Assembly (NCBI GenBank): GCA_051884775.1
Contig: JBJEVY010000076.1
Location: forward strand, 1 to 62,149
Length of the DNA stretch: 62,149 nucleotides
Direction of reading: 5' to 3'
Source of the DNA: Candidatus Spyradenecus sp.
GTDB taxonomy: Bacteria > Verrucomicrobiota > Kiritimatiellia > RFP12 > DVOR01
Shown: positions 28,294-37,401 of the stretch, one piece after another
How the letters are laid out: each line of letters begins with the position of its first letter
Position numbering within the stretch: the stretch's first letter is position 1
The notes under the pieces: model-generated
Databases searched by the model: none
What the model saw: the letters and a program-made list of their open reading frames with translations, nothing else
What the model was told of the DNA's origin: nothing
Program-made: the position numbers and the translations under genes

Positions 28294-31182
28294 TTATTTC
28301 AGAATCTGCCTAAGGAAGTGCCCGGTGTAAGAGCCGGGCACTTTTGCTACAGCCTCGGGGGTGCCTTGCGCCACGAGCGTGCCGCCCCGGTCGCCGCCTT
28401 CGGGGCCAAGGTCGAGGAGCCAATCGGCGGATTTGATGATGTCAAGGTTATGCTCGATGACGACGATCGTGTTACCCTGGTCGCGCAGACGCAGGAGAAG
28501 GGTGAGGAGCTTGTGAACGTCAGCGAAGTGCAGGCCGGTGGTCGGCTCGTCGAGGATGTAGAGCGTGCGCCCGGTGGCGCGCTTGGAGAGTTCGGTGGCC
28601 AGCTTGATGCGCTGGGCCTCGCCGCCGGAGAAGGTGGTGGCGCTTTGGCCAAGCTTGATATAGCCCAGGCCAACCTCCGCGATGGTGCGCAGCTTGTTGG
28701 CAATGGCGGGAATCTCGGCAAAGCACTCCAGCGCCTCGTCCACGGTCATCTCAAGCACGTCGGCAATGGACTTGCCTTTGTAGCGCACTTCGAGCGTTTC
28801 GCGGTTATAGCGTGTGCCGCCGCACTGCTCGCAGGGCACATACATATCCGGCAGGAAGTGCATCTCCAGGCGCTTGAGCCCCTCGCCCTGGCAGACTTCG
28901 CACCGGCCTCCCTTGACATTAAAGGAGAAGCGCCCGGGCGCATAGCCACGCATCTTGGCCGCCGGGGTTTGGGCGAAGAGCTCGCGGATGGCAGTGAAGC
29001 AGCCAGTGTAGGTGACCGGGTTCGAGCGCGGGGTTCGGCCGATAGGCGATTGGTCGATCTCAATCATCTTATCGAGCGCCTTGAGGCCTGTAATCTTGCG
29101 GTAGCGCCCGGGCTGCTCGCGCGCACCGTTGAGGGCGTGGGCTAGGGCCCCCTTGAGAATATCGTCGACGAGCGTGGATTTTCCCGAGCCCGAGACGCCC
29201 GTCACGCACACGAAGCACCCCAACGGCAGGCGTACGGAAAGGTTCTTGAGGTTGTTGCAGGTGCAGCCCTCGAGCGTGAGCCAGGCCTTGCCCGGGGCTA
29301 CGCGCTGGGGGATGGGGACGGCTTTACGCCCGGTCAGGTAGTCGGCCGTCAGCGAGCGGCGGCACTTAAGGAGCCCGGTGGCCGGCCCTTGGTAGACCAC
29401 CTCGCCGCCGAGGCGCCCAGCCCCGGGCCCGATGTCGATGAGGTAATCGGCGCGGCGGATCATCTCCTCGTCATGTTCCACCACCACCACGGTGTTACCG
29501 CGCTTTTGCAGGCGGTGGAGCATATCAATCAAGCGCTCGTTGTCGCGCGGATGAAGGCCGATGGTCGGCTCGTCAAGGACGTAGAGGACGCCGACCAAGC
29601 CGCTGCCAATCTGCGAAGCCAGGCGGATGCGCTGCATCTCGCCGCCCGAGAGGGTCGAGCTTTCGCGGTCGAGCGAGAGATAATCCAGCCCGACATCCAC
29701 CAAGAAGGCTAGGCGCTTGCGGATCTCCTTGAGGATTTCGGCGGCCACATGCGCTTCGTGTGCCTCCAGTGCCTCGCGCACCATCGTTTCGGAAGCGGGC
29801 GTGGTGCCATTCAAGAGCTCATCGAAGAGTCGTAACGCCTCGCGCGCCGGAAGGTGCAGCACATCCGGTAGGGTCCAGCCGGCGACCGTCGCCACGCGGC
29901 TCTCCGGACGCAAGCGCGCGCCGTGGCAGTCGGGGCAGAGCTGCGGGGCGAGGAACTGCGAGAGTGTTTCGCGCGTATCATCGTTGTCACACTCGGCGTA
30001 ACGGCGTTGCAGGTTGGGCAGAACACCCTCAAAGGGCTTGTCCATCGTGTTGCGCACGCCTTTGAGGTAATAGACCAGCGTGACCGGCTCGCTACCTGTG
30101 CCGTGCAGTAACTCTTGGCGGAAGCGTTTGGGCAACTCGCAGAAGGGCGTTTCGACATCCACCCCGCGCGCCTCGGCGAAAGCCGAGATGAGCCAATTGT
30201 AGTACATCAGCAGGTGGTGGCCGCCGCGGCGCCAGCCTACGATCGCTTCGCGCAAGGGCTTGGTCTTATCGGGCACCACGAGCGCCTCATCAAAGACCAT
30301 CAGCGCGCCAAGTCCAGAACAGGTTGGGCAAGCGCCATAGGGCGAGTTAAAGGAGAAACTTCGCGGACGCAGCGCCTCAAAAGAGATGCCGCAATCGGCG
30401 CAGGCATTCTTCTCGGAGTAGAGCGTGCTCTCGCCGCCGACAATCTGCACCTCCACCAGCCCCTCGGAGAGGCGTAGCGCCTGTTCAATGCTGTCGGTTA
30501 GGCGCGTACGAATGGTCGGCTTGAGGACCAAACGATCGATGACCGCATCAATTCGGTGTGGGCACTTCTTGTCGAGTTCTGGCCAGTCGCTTTCAATCTC
30601 CACCAGCGCGCCATCCACCCGTGCCCGGATGTAACCCTGGCGCAACATCAACTCGCGCACCTCCTCGTGCCGCCCCTTCCGTCCCCGGACGATGGGCGAG
30701 AGCAAAATCAACTTCGTTCCCTCCGGCAACGCCATCAAGCGGTCGACAATCTCCTCGGCGCTCTGTGGGCGGACCGCCTTGCCGCACTTCGGGCAGTGGG
30801 CGTGGGCAATGTTGCCCCAGAGCAGACGCAGGTAGTCGAGAATCTCGGTGACGGTGGCCACGATGGAACGCGGGTTACTGCCGCTGGCCCGTTGCTCAAT
30901 CGAAATGGCCGGGGAGAGACCTTCAATATGCTCGACCTCGGGCTTCTGCAGCTGATCGAGGAACTGGCGGGCATAGGCCGAGAGACTCTCCACATAGCGC
31001 CGCTGGCCCTCGGCATAGAGCGTGTCAAAGGCGAGTGAACTCTTCCCAGATCCGGAGAGTCCGGTAATGACAGTTAGCGAGTTGCGCGGAATGCGCACAT
31101 CGATATTCTTCAGGTTGTTTTGCCGCGCGCCGGTAATGACAATTTCACCATTCTCCTCGTGCGCTGAATGCTTCCTGGCCAT
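28294..31182 (-). CDS. uvrA: Excinuclease ABC subunit A
   Basis: Two ABC modules ([18 protein letters not shown]), zinc fingers, LSGGE and DEPT motifs. Confidence 0.97.
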   Translation of the reverse strand: MARKHSAHEENGEIVITGARQNNLKNIDVRIPRNSLTVITGLSGSGKSSLAFDTLYAEGQRRYVESLSAYARQFLDQLQKPEVEHIEGLSPAISIEQRASGSNPRSIVATVTEILDYLRLLWGNIAHAHCPKCGKAVRPQSAEEIVDRLMALPEGTKLILLSPIVRGRKGRHEEVRELMLRQGYIRARVDGALVEIESDWPELDKKCPHRIDAVIDRLVLKPTIRTRLTDSIEQALRLSEGLVEVQIVGGESTLYSEKNACADCGISFEALRPRSFSFNSPYGACPTCSGLGALMVFDEALVVPDKTKPLREAIVGWRRGGHHLLMYYNWLISAFAEARGVDVETPFCELPKRFRQELLHGTGSEPVTLVYYLKGVRNTMDKPFEGVLPNLQRRYAECDNDDTRETLSQFLAPQLCPDCHGARLRPESRVATVAGWTLPDVLHLPAREALRLFDELLNGTTPASETMVREALEAHEAHVAAEILKEIRKRLAFLVDVGLDYLSLDRESSTLSGGEMQRIRLASQIGSGLVGVLYVLDEPTIGLHPRDNERLIDMLHRLQKRGNTVVVVEHDEEMIRRADYLIDIGPGAGRLGGEVVYQGPATGLLKCRRSLTADYLTGRKAVPIPQRVAPGKAWLTLEGCTCNNLKNLSVRLPLGCFVCVTGVSGSGKSTLVDDILKGALAHALNGAREQPGRYRKITGLKALDKMIEIDQSPIGRTPRSNPVTYTGCFTAIRELFAQTPAAKMRGYAPGRFSFNVKGGRCEVCQGEGLKRLEMHFLPDMYVPCEQCGGTRYNRETLEVRYKGKSIADVLEMTVDEALECFAEIPAIANKLRTIAEVGLGYIKLGQSATTFSGGEAQRIKLATELSKRATGRTLYILDEPTTGLHFADVHKLLTLLLRLRDQGNTIVVIEHNLDIIKSADWLLDLGPEGGDRGGTLVAQGTPEAVAKVPGSYTGHFLRQILK

Positions 31183-31192
31183 TACCTTCTCC

Positions 31193-32074
31193 TTACTTAC
31201 ATGCGCAGAACGGCCGCACGCGGGCAATTTCACGCTCGCCGCAGGCCACCATCACCAATCGGTCAATTCCCAACGCAATTCCGGCCGTCGGCGGCATCTC
31301 GGGTAAATCGGCCAAGAAGGCTTCATCGACGGGGTAGGTGGGCAGCCCCCGTGCCTGGCGCATGGCAATGGTTTCTTCGAAACGCCGCCGCTGTTCGGCC
31401 GCATCAATCAATTCTCCATAGCCGTTGGCAATCTCCATGCCCTCTAGATAGGCTTCGAAACGCTCGGCCACGCGCGCGTCGGCAGGGTTCACCTGCGCCA
31501 GCGCCGCCGCCTGAACGGGATAATCTGTGAGGTAGGTCAAGCCCTCGCGCGGCAACGCCGGCTCAATCTTAAGGGCCATATCCTCGTCAAAGCGGTCCTC
31601 ATCCCACGCCTCCAGCGGGTTCCACCCGGCCCACTTGCGGTAGGCTTCGGCCACCGTCAGGCGCCGGGGGGGAAAGTCACGCCCCAAGACGGCCGAAACC
31701 AACGCCGCCACATCCTCATAGAGTGCTTCAATTCCCTCGCCCGGCCGATACCACTCCAGAAGTGTGAACTCCGGATTGTGCTTGCGGCCAATCTCACCTG
31801 CCCTAAAGCAGGGACCCAGCTGATAGATCTTCCCCGCCCCATGTGCCAACAGGCGCTTCATGTGTAGCTCGGGGGAGGTGCGTAGCCAGTGGTCACCCGA
31901 GGGTGGGGGTTCCAGAAAGGCCTCATTCGCCGGCGCCGGAATTCGCACTGGCGTCTCCACCTCCGTAAAGCCGCGCTCATCGAAGAAGCGCCGCACGCGC
32001 CGCAGGACCTCTGCCCGGCGCACCAACGCCTCCCAGGCCACCACGCCGCTATCGCTTGTCACTGCTGGATTCAT
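31193..32074 (-). CDS. epmA: EF-P lysine aminoacylase EpmA (GenX/PoxA)
   Basis: [43 protein letters not shown] and GIALGIDRL motifs; no anticodon-binding domain. Confidence 0.92.
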   Translation of the reverse strand: MNPAVTSDSGVVAWEALVRRAEVLRRVRRFFDERGFTEVETPVRIPAPANEAFLEPPPSGDHWLRTSPELHMKRLLAHGAGKIYQLGPCFRAGEIGRKHNPEFTLLEWYRPGEGIEALYEDVAALVSAVLGRDFPPRRLTVAEAYRKWAGWNPLEAWDEDRFDEDMALKIEPALPREGLTYLTDYPVQAAALAQVNPADARVAERFEAYLEGMEIANGYGELIDAAEQRRRFEETIAMRQARGLPTYPVDEAFLADLPEMPPTAGIALGIDRLVMVACGEREIARVRPFCACK

Positions 32075-32084
32075 TTACACCCTC

Positions 32085-32126
32085 AATAAAAAGCAACCAC
32101 AAAGAACGCCCGTTCCCCGTGGTTGC
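32085..32126 (-). terminator. Intrinsic terminator downstream of CsoR-like gene
   Basis: Minus strand GCAACCACGGGGAAC-GGGC-GTTCTTTGTGGTTGC-TTTTT; three G.U pairs form only on this strand. Confidence 0.75.
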
Positions 32127-32151
32127 CATTCAACAAACGCACTGTATGCGG

Positions 32152-32709
32152 TTACTTGCGCATCCGGCAGAAGCTTTCGATTGCCGAACGGAAGTCCTTG
32201 GCGAAGACGCCCGCGGTCTTGCGGTCAATCGCCGTCTTCACGCACTTGGCCACGAAGGTCTCCAGGAGGAACTGACCGAAGGCGTGGAGGTTGTTCTTGG
32301 TCTGCAGGATGAGGGCAAGCACCTCAGTGCGCGAGGTATCTTCCTTTGCAATAGCCTGGCCAATCACATCACACGAAGCGATAATCTTCTCGATGCGTTC
32401 TTCGAAGGTGCCCTCGTTAATCAGCGCGATATCGCGGTTGGTCTGACAGAAGCTGCGGATGCCCTGATTGAATTGCTCAGAGAAACAAGCAGGGGCGGCA
32501 GCCGCAATCGCTTTCTGGACCGCTTCGGCGATGTAGTCGTCGAGCAACAGCTGGCCCAACTGATGGAGCGCATTCTTCGCCGCGCTCACCTGCAAAAGCG
32601 TGTCCGTGCAGGGGGACTTCGACTTGATCATGCGCAAGATACCCTTGCACTGACCAACAACCTTGTTCAGTCGGCGCTGAAATGCCAATTTGTCTGCTTC
32701 ATCAATCAT
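32152..32709 (-). CDS. CsoR/RcnR/FrmR-family regulator with tandem-duplicated domain
   Basis: RRLNKVVGQCKGILRMI..CTDTLLQVSAAKNAL, plus a second diverged copy in the C-terminal half. Confidence 0.8.
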   Translation of the reverse strand: MIDEADKLAFQRRLNKVVGQCKGILRMIKSKSPCTDTLLQVSAAKNALHQLGQLLLDDYIAEAVQKAIAAAAPACFSEQFNQGIRSFCQTNRDIALINEGTFEERIEKIIASCDVIGQAIAKEDTSRTEVLALILQTKNNLHAFGQFLLETFVAKCVKTAIDRKTAGVFAKDFRSAIESFCRMRK

Positions 32710-32767
32710 GCAATAACCTCTGCATTTATACTTGGTTCACCGAAATGGTGCCCAACCAATTGCAACT

Positions 32768-32796
32768 ATTGTAGTATATGCTCCGCCCGAAAACAA
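32768..32796 (-). promoter_or_regulatory. Sigma70-like promoter of CsoR-like gene
   Basis: TTGTTT-17 bp-TACAAT. Confidence 0.55.
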
Positions 32797-32922
32797 GGAT
32801 AAAAACGCCATTTAGAAGGAAAAAGCGCCCATTGGGGCCGAAAAGACGGCTTTGGAGCACTTTTCCTAAGGCGTACATAGGCGATTTGGCGGAGCAGTAC
32901 ATCTAGGGAGCTGCTTTACCGG

Positions 32923-33573
32923 TCACTCTTGCGTGGGTGTTTTCTTGCCCTGCAACAGGGAAGCTTCTAGTTGCGCCAAGGGGCCATAGTGCGTTTCCAA
33001 CCACGCTGCGCCATCCTCGCCACGCCGGCAGGCCGCATTGAGGGGCACGAGCAGCGCCCGGTAGTCTCCGGCATGATGACGCGTGATTAACGCCTGCAAC
33101 AAGGTTGCCGCGTGCGTGTAGCCCTTGCGATAGTCTGCCTGGGCCGGATCGACCCACCGCGTTGGCTCGGGGAGGATAACATAGTCGCGCACATAATCCG
33201 CAATCCCTTCGACCAACCAGCTCGGCGTTGTCCCTCCAGGATAGCCCTGCACCACATGCGTGAACTCATGGAGCACCATCCCTGCATCCTCAGGCATACG
33301 TTGCATATAGGGCGCCGAGAGGGTAACCGCCCGCCCAAGGGTCACCCCAGGAGGCGCCGAGGGCTCTTCAGTCAAGGATACCTCAATAGGCGTTAGATCG
33401 TCTGCCACCCCCAAGGCTTCGGCAATTCGAGGCAGATAGACCGTGGCCAAGCCCTCCAAGATTGCTTGCCGCCCCACCGAGATTCCCGGCGCAAAGCGCA
33501 ATCGTTCGCCTGGTTCGGCCAACCCCAATACTGCTAATATACAAATGGCCCCGGCAATAATTAAGCGCTTCAC
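32923..33573 (-). CDS. Secreted basic secretory protein (BSP)-like zinc peptidase
   Basis: Signal peptide; HEFTHVVQ and PSWLVEGIADYVR motifs. Confidence 0.8.
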   Translation of the reverse strand: MKRLIIAGAICILAVLGLAEPGERLRFAPGISVGRQAILEGLATVYLPRIAEALGVADDLTPIEVSLTEEPSAPPGVTLGRAVTLSAPYMQRMPEDAGMVLHEFTHVVQGYPGGTTPSWLVEGIADYVRDYVILPEPTRWVDPAQADYRKGYTHAATLLQALITRHHAGDYRALLVPLNAACRRGEDGAAWLETHYGPLAQLEASLLQGKKTPTQE

Positions 33574-33687
33574 AGAATGCTCCTTTCGTTATGGTCATCA
33601 TTTTAAGCTTGCCTCGGTTATTCCTTGGCGAACCAAGGGAATGTTAGCAAAGCGTCGGCGCCAGAGACAAGCCCGCCCGAGGTCACC

Positions 33688-33908
33688 GTGTACCCCAATT
33701 GGGGTACACGCGATTCCCCAATTGGGGTACTGCCTGTTCCCCAATTAGGGTACACATCATTCCCCAATTGGGGTACCACTCGCGTCCGCCCGGGGGGCGA
33801 CTTGAGCCTGCGGCGAGGGCGATTGATAAGTCTGAGTCTTATTGGAATTAAGTCTGAGACTTATTGCAATTAAGTCTGAGTCTTATTGGAATTAAGTCTG
33901 GGACTTAT
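33688..33908. repeat. Bipartite palindrome-array element, copy 2
   Basis: 4x CCCCAATT(G/A)GGGTAC at 33693/33716/33739/33762 (23 bp); 49-bp linker; 4x TAAGTCTGRG(A/T)CTTAT at 33827/33849/33871/33893 (22 bp). Confidence 0.92.
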
Positions 33909-33974
33909 GAATTGGAGGCTGCCGAGGGGCGGGTTTGCAAGCGGTGGAGGCGGAGTTTTGCTAGAATGGGCGCT

Positions 33975-35804
33975 ATGAGTGAAGAGTTTGACTACGATTT
34001 GGCCCACACGCGCAACTTTTGTATCATCGCGCACATTGACCACGGCAAGACGACGCTGTCGGACCGGATTTTGGAACTGACGAAGGCGATTGAGGCGCGT
34101 CAGTTGAAGGAGCAGACGCTCGATGCGATGGATTTGGAGCGCGAGCGCGGGATTACCATCAAGAGTCATCCGGTGACGATGCGCTACACGGCCGAGAATG
34201 GCGAGCACTATCGCTTTAATCTAATCGATACGCCCGGCCACGTGGACTTTGCCTACGAGGTGAGCCGCGCGATGGGCGCGTGCGAGGGGGCTATCTTGAT
34301 TGTGGATGCCGCTCAGGGGGTGGAGGCCCAGACGGTGGCCAATGCCTATCTGGCGATTGACGCGAACTTGGAGATCATCCCGGTGTTGAACAAGGTGGAT
34401 CTGCCGAGCGCGGATGTGCCGGGGGTGATTCATCAGATTGAGGATGTGCTGGGAATCCCGGTGGATCCGGTGCTCAAGGTTTCGGCGAAGACGGGCGAGG
34501 GGGTGCGCGAGGTGCTTGAGGAGGTGGTCCGCCGGGTGCCGCCGCCGAAGACCGAGCGCGCGCAGGGGCCGCTGCGGGCACTGGTCTTCGATTCGGTCTT
34601 CGATGTCTATCGCGGGGTGATTACCTATGTGCGCGTGGTGGATGGGGCTATTCGCGCGGGCGATACGCTGCGCTTTATGAGCACGGGGCAGACAACGCCG
34701 GTGAAGGAGGTGGGGATCTTCTCGCCGAGTCAGAAGCCGGTGGAGTTGCTCGAGCCCGGGCAGGTGGGCTACATCGTTGGAGCCATCAAGGACCCGGCGG
34801 AGATTAAGATTGGCGACACGCTCACGAGCGAGCGCGATGGGGCCGAAGAGCCGCTGCACGGCTTTAAGGAAATTCACCCGACTGTCTTCTGCGGCATCTA
34901 CCCGGTGAGCACCGATGAGTATAACAAGGTGCGGATGGGTCTGGAGAAGCTCCACCTCAACGACTCGGCCTTCACCTTCCACGCGGAGAGTTCGGCGGCG
35001 TTGGGCTTCGGCTTCCGGTGCGGCTTCCTGGGGCTGCTGCACATGGAGGTGGTACAGGAGCGGCTGCGGCGCGAGTTCCAGCTGGACATCATCAACACCC
35101 ATCCGGCCGTTATTTATAAGGTCACGCTCAAAGATGGCACCGTCTCGGAGATTGATAACCCGGTGCTCTTGCCCGATCCTACGCGTATCGAGGTGATTGA
35201 AGAGCCGATGATCAAGGCGCGCATCATCACGATGAGTGCGTGTATGGGCGATATTATGCGCCTGGTGCTCGATCGCCGCGGCACGGTCGATTGCACCGAG
35301 ACGCTCGATGCCCAGCGCGTCATCCTCACCTGTGTCCTGCCGCTCAACGAAATCTTGATTGACTTCCACGATACGCTCAAATCCGTCTCGCGCGGGTATG
35401 CCTCGATGGACTACGAGCCGCATGGCTACCAGCTCAGCGACATCGTGCGGATGGATATTCTGCTCAATAGCGAGCCGGTCGATGCCTTTAGCTGTATGGT
35501 CCACCGGACCCGGGCCGTGGCGCGCGGCAAGCAGATGTGCAAGGCCTTGAGCGAGACAATCCCGCCGCACATGTTCAAGATCCCGGTGCAGGCGTGCATT
35601 GGGCGGACGATTATCGCCCGCGAGGACATTCGCCCCTTCCGCAAGGACGTGACGGCTAAGCTCTACGGCGGCGACGTCACGCGCAAGCAGAAGCTGCTCA
35701 AGAAGCAGGCCGAGGGCAAGAAGCGAATGAAGGAGTTCGGGTCGGTGAATGTGCCGCAGTCGGCCTTCATCGCCGTGCTCAAAGGAACTGCGGAGGATAA
35801 GTAA
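33975..35804 (+). CDS. lepA: Elongation factor 4
   Basis: RNFCIIAHIDHGKT, DTPGHVDF, GFRCGFLGLLHME and KDVTAKLYGGD motifs. Confidence 0.97.
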   Translation: MSEEFDYDLAHTRNFCIIAHIDHGKTTLSDRILELTKAIEARQLKEQTLDAMDLERERGITIKSHPVTMRYTAENGEHYRFNLIDTPGHVDFAYEVSRAMGACEGAILIVDAAQGVEAQTVANAYLAIDANLEIIPVLNKVDLPSADVPGVIHQIEDVLGIPVDPVLKVSAKTGEGVREVLEEVVRRVPPPKTERAQGPLRALVFDSVFDVYRGVITYVRVVDGAIRAGDTLRFMSTGQTTPVKEVGIFSPSQKPVELLEPGQVGYIVGAIKDPAEIKIGDTLTSERDGAEEPLHGFKEIHPTVFCGIYPVSTDEYNKVRMGLEKLHLNDSAFTFHAESSAALGFGFRCGFLGLLHMEVVQERLRREFQLDIINTHPAVIYKVTLKDGTVSEIDNPVLLPDPTRIEVIEEPMIKARIITMSACMGDIMRLVLDRRGTVDCTETLDAQRVILTCVLPLNEILIDFHDTLKSVSRGYASMDYEPHGYQLSDIVRMDILLNSEPVDAFSCMVHRTRAVARGKQMCKALSETIPPHMFKIPVQACIGRTIIAREDIRPFRKDVTAKLYGGDVTRKQKLLKKQAEGKKRMKEFGSVNVPQSAFIAVLKGTAEDK

Positions 35805-36307
35805 TGGAGCCGACCCTCTTTTCTGGCGAGGCGTTGCACCTCGACTTTTGGACCTACTTTATGACGCCCTACTTCTGGAGCGGCTTTATGGGCTGGTGCG
35901 TGGCCCAGATCATCAAGATGACCCGTGGTGCCATCCGGACCAAGAGTCTGGACTTCACCTACTTGATGAGCACTGGCGGGATGCCCAGCGCCCACTCCTC
36001 GCTGGTCGTCGGTGTCTTCGTCTCCCTGGGGTTGGGCTTGGGGTGGACGCACCCAATTACCGTGGTCTCGAGCGTGGTGGCCACCATTACGATGTTCGAT
36101 GCCGCCACCGTCCGCCGCGCGGCCGGGCTCCAAGCGCGGCTGCTCAATAAGATTACGCGCCAACTCTTCGTCGAGCGCACCTTCTCGGCCAAGCCGCTCA
36201 AGGAGATGCTCGGCCACACACGCACCGAGGTCCTGGGCGGGATGATTACCGGCACCTGCGTGGCCATCGCCGTCACATTCTTCTGGGCCAAGGTCATCAA
36301 CGGTTAA
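35804..36307 (+). CDS. Divergent PAP2 family protein (DUF212)
   Basis: AQIIK, GGMPSAHS, MFDA..VRR.AG.QA and LKEMLGHT..EV motifs. Confidence 0.9.
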   Translation: MEPTLFSGEALHLDFWTYFMTPYFWSGFMGWCVAQIIKMTRGAIRTKSLDFTYLMSTGGMPSAHSSLVVGVFVSLGLGLGWTHPITVVSSVVATITMFDAATVRRAAGLQARLLNKITRQLFVERTFSAKPLKEMLGHTRTEVLGGMITGTCVAIAVTFFWAKVING

Positions 36308-36340
36308 CCCTGTGCCGGCCCAATTGGGAGGTCTTTGCTT

Positions 36341-37399
36341 ATGCCAACGTTGATTCTTCCGCGCGATGCCACTGCGCACCCCTTCGCCCATTGGTTGGTG
36401 AACAAGGCCTATAAGGCGGCCGTGCGCGAGGGCTTTACGCCCCGCGAGTTGCGTCTGCCCGTGCCGCCTATCGAGCACCCGGCGATTCTCTCGGAGGCCG
36501 CGCGCTTGGGGATGACCTGCACCCAGGGCCGCGTGCCGGAGCTCTCGCCGCCCAATGCCCTGGTCGCTTTTCTGGCCGGTACGGGCGAGGCCACGCCGCG
36601 CCAACTCCCCCTGGCTTTGCCGCCGGAGGCGAAGTTGACCGATTGGCACGCGCACACGCAGTTTGCCTACTGCGGGCGGGGGATTGACCTCTTTGATGCC
36701 GCCTCCCTCTCGCTCACCCTGGGCGTGCAGGTCCAGGGCTTCTCCGAGCATGCCTTTGCCCTCTACTTCCCCGGCGATGCGCTCAAGTTCTACTGGCAGT
36801 CCGACCCCGACTTCGTGGCGCGCTGCTGGGCCGAAAAGGGGCGTGGCCGGATGGTGGCCTACAAGGCGATGGTGGCCCAGGCGCGGCAACTCTTCGGCAC
36901 GCGCGTTCGCTTTGGGTTGGAGGTTGACCTCTTTGGCGGGGGGCGCTTCTGCCTGGCGCCGGAGGACCTCGAGGGCTGGGATATGCTCATCGGGGCCATT
37001 CACGAGGTGGAGGGGGTGAATGCCGCCACGCCGCAGGCCGAAGCCGAGGTGGCGTGGATGCGCGATGTGGAGCGTCTCTTGACCTATCCCATTAAGATCT
37101 TGGCCCATCCCTTCCGCTATTGGCCGTGGGGTCACCGCCCCGTGCCGCGCCACCTCTACAAGCCCGTGGCGCGAATGCTCGCCCAGGCCGGCGTGGCCGC
37201 GGAGATTAACCACCACAAGAATCCCTTCGAGTTGGACTTCTTCCGCGACTGCCTGGAGGAGGGCGTCAAGATCTCCCTGGGCACCGACGCGCACATCACG
37301 CGCGACATTGCCGACCTCCAGCCCCACTTGCAGACCCTCGACGCGCTGGGCATCAACACCCCCGAGCTGCGCGCCAAGCACATCCTTGCCACGGAGTAG
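36341..37399 (+). CDS. PHP-domain protein with N-terminal extension
   Basis: DWHAHT, FSEH, GLEVD, IGAIH, LAHP, AEIN and GTDAH motifs; SD GGAGG. Confidence 0.8.
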   Translation: MPTLILPRDATAHPFAHWLVNKAYKAAVREGFTPRELRLPVPPIEHPAILSEAARLGMTCTQGRVPELSPPNALVAFLAGTGEATPRQLPLALPPEAKLTDWHAHTQFAYCGRGIDLFDAASLSLTLGVQVQGFSEHAFALYFPGDALKFYWQSDPDFVARCWAEKGRGRMVAYKAMVAQARQLFGTRVRFGLEVDLFGGGRFCLAPEDLEGWDMLIGAIHEVEGVNAATPQAEAEVAWMRDVERLLTYPIKILAHPFRYWPWGHRPVPRHLYKPVARMLAQAGVAAEINHHKNPFELDFFRDCLEEGVKISLGTDAHITRDIADLQPHLQTLDALGINTPELRAKHILATE

Positions 37400-37401
37400 C
37401 G

